A stretch of 33,492 bases of DNA, from assembly GCF_001194135.2 (NCBI RefSeq), contig NC_068988.1, forward strand, positions 1,111,564-1,145,055, in the 5' to 3' direction. The notes beneath the pieces were generated by a model. The model was not told the DNA's origin. It worked only from the letters and a program-made list of their open reading frames with translations, and made no database searches. Both the position numbers and the translations under genes were made by a program. The DNA comes from Octopus bimaculoides (taxonomy: Eukaryota). Shown piece by piece: positions 33,159 to 33,492 of the stretch (the first letter of the stretch is position 1; every line of letters starts with the position of its first letter).

Positions 33159-33242
33159 ACCTAGAGGCTCCCTTCTTGGTTGACCTCTGATACCAAACAT
33201 CCACTCTCAAACTACAAATCATAAAACTACTTATATACTTAC

Positions 33243-33311
33243 ACTGTACAATTTTCACACTCACAAAAAGGTTATTGTTTATTGAAAATATCACAGGTTC
33301 ATGTTCATCGC
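33243..33311 (-). CDS. ZFYVE9: SARA/ZFYVE9 coding exon (first in window), DEHEPVIFSINNNLFVSVKIVQ
   Basis: Acceptor ctatttag|GC and donor CAGT|gtaagt. 69 nt, phase 1 at both ends. Peptide resembles the human SARA segment DPLVFVLNANLLSMVKIVN (from memory). Confidence 0.88.
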
Positions 33312-33492
33312 CTAAATAGACAGACACGAAGAAGATAACACACAATTAGACATCAGAATATAATTATATGTAATTCATACAAAATGTCACACTCTAATAA
33401 ACAGTAAATAGATTACATTGAAACAAAAACCTTCACACATGTTTAGGTAGAAAGATGTCATCAGTCAAGATCTCTTTCTCTCTCTCATATAT

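Overview
AT-rich metazoan genomic DNA, most likely an octopus or other coleoid cephalopod. This is an inference from my recall of the SINE families and from the dense microsatellites; I could not run a search. The main feature is the 3' part of a ZFYVE9/SARA (ZFYVE9/16-family) gene on the minus strand. Eight coding exons between 16095 and 33311 all have GT-AG boundaries and matching phases, and splice into one frame of about 491 aa ending in TGA at 16097-16095. They cover the C-terminal DUF3480 region; the FYVE and Smad-binding parts lie beyond the right edge. The rest is mostly degraded repeats: at least three tRNA-type SINE families, mariner fragments, RTE LINE fragments, piggyBac- and hAT-type MITEs, foldback elements, microsatellites and four assembly gaps. 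A CpG-rich, promoter-like island lies near 1.0-1.3 kb. Almost all non-SARA ORFs in the supplied track are microsatellite, gap or repeat artefacts. I see no solid evidence of a wholly new biological system. The best leads are regulatory: a phase-compatible cryptic exon resembling the neighbouring SARA exon, a frameshifting tandem donor, near-perfect intronic hairpins and inverted SINE pairs (candidate A-to-I editing or circRNA substrates), and a CpG-decay footprint suggesting an unannotated transcribed region at about 8-16 kb. Repeat boundaries are approximate, read by eye.
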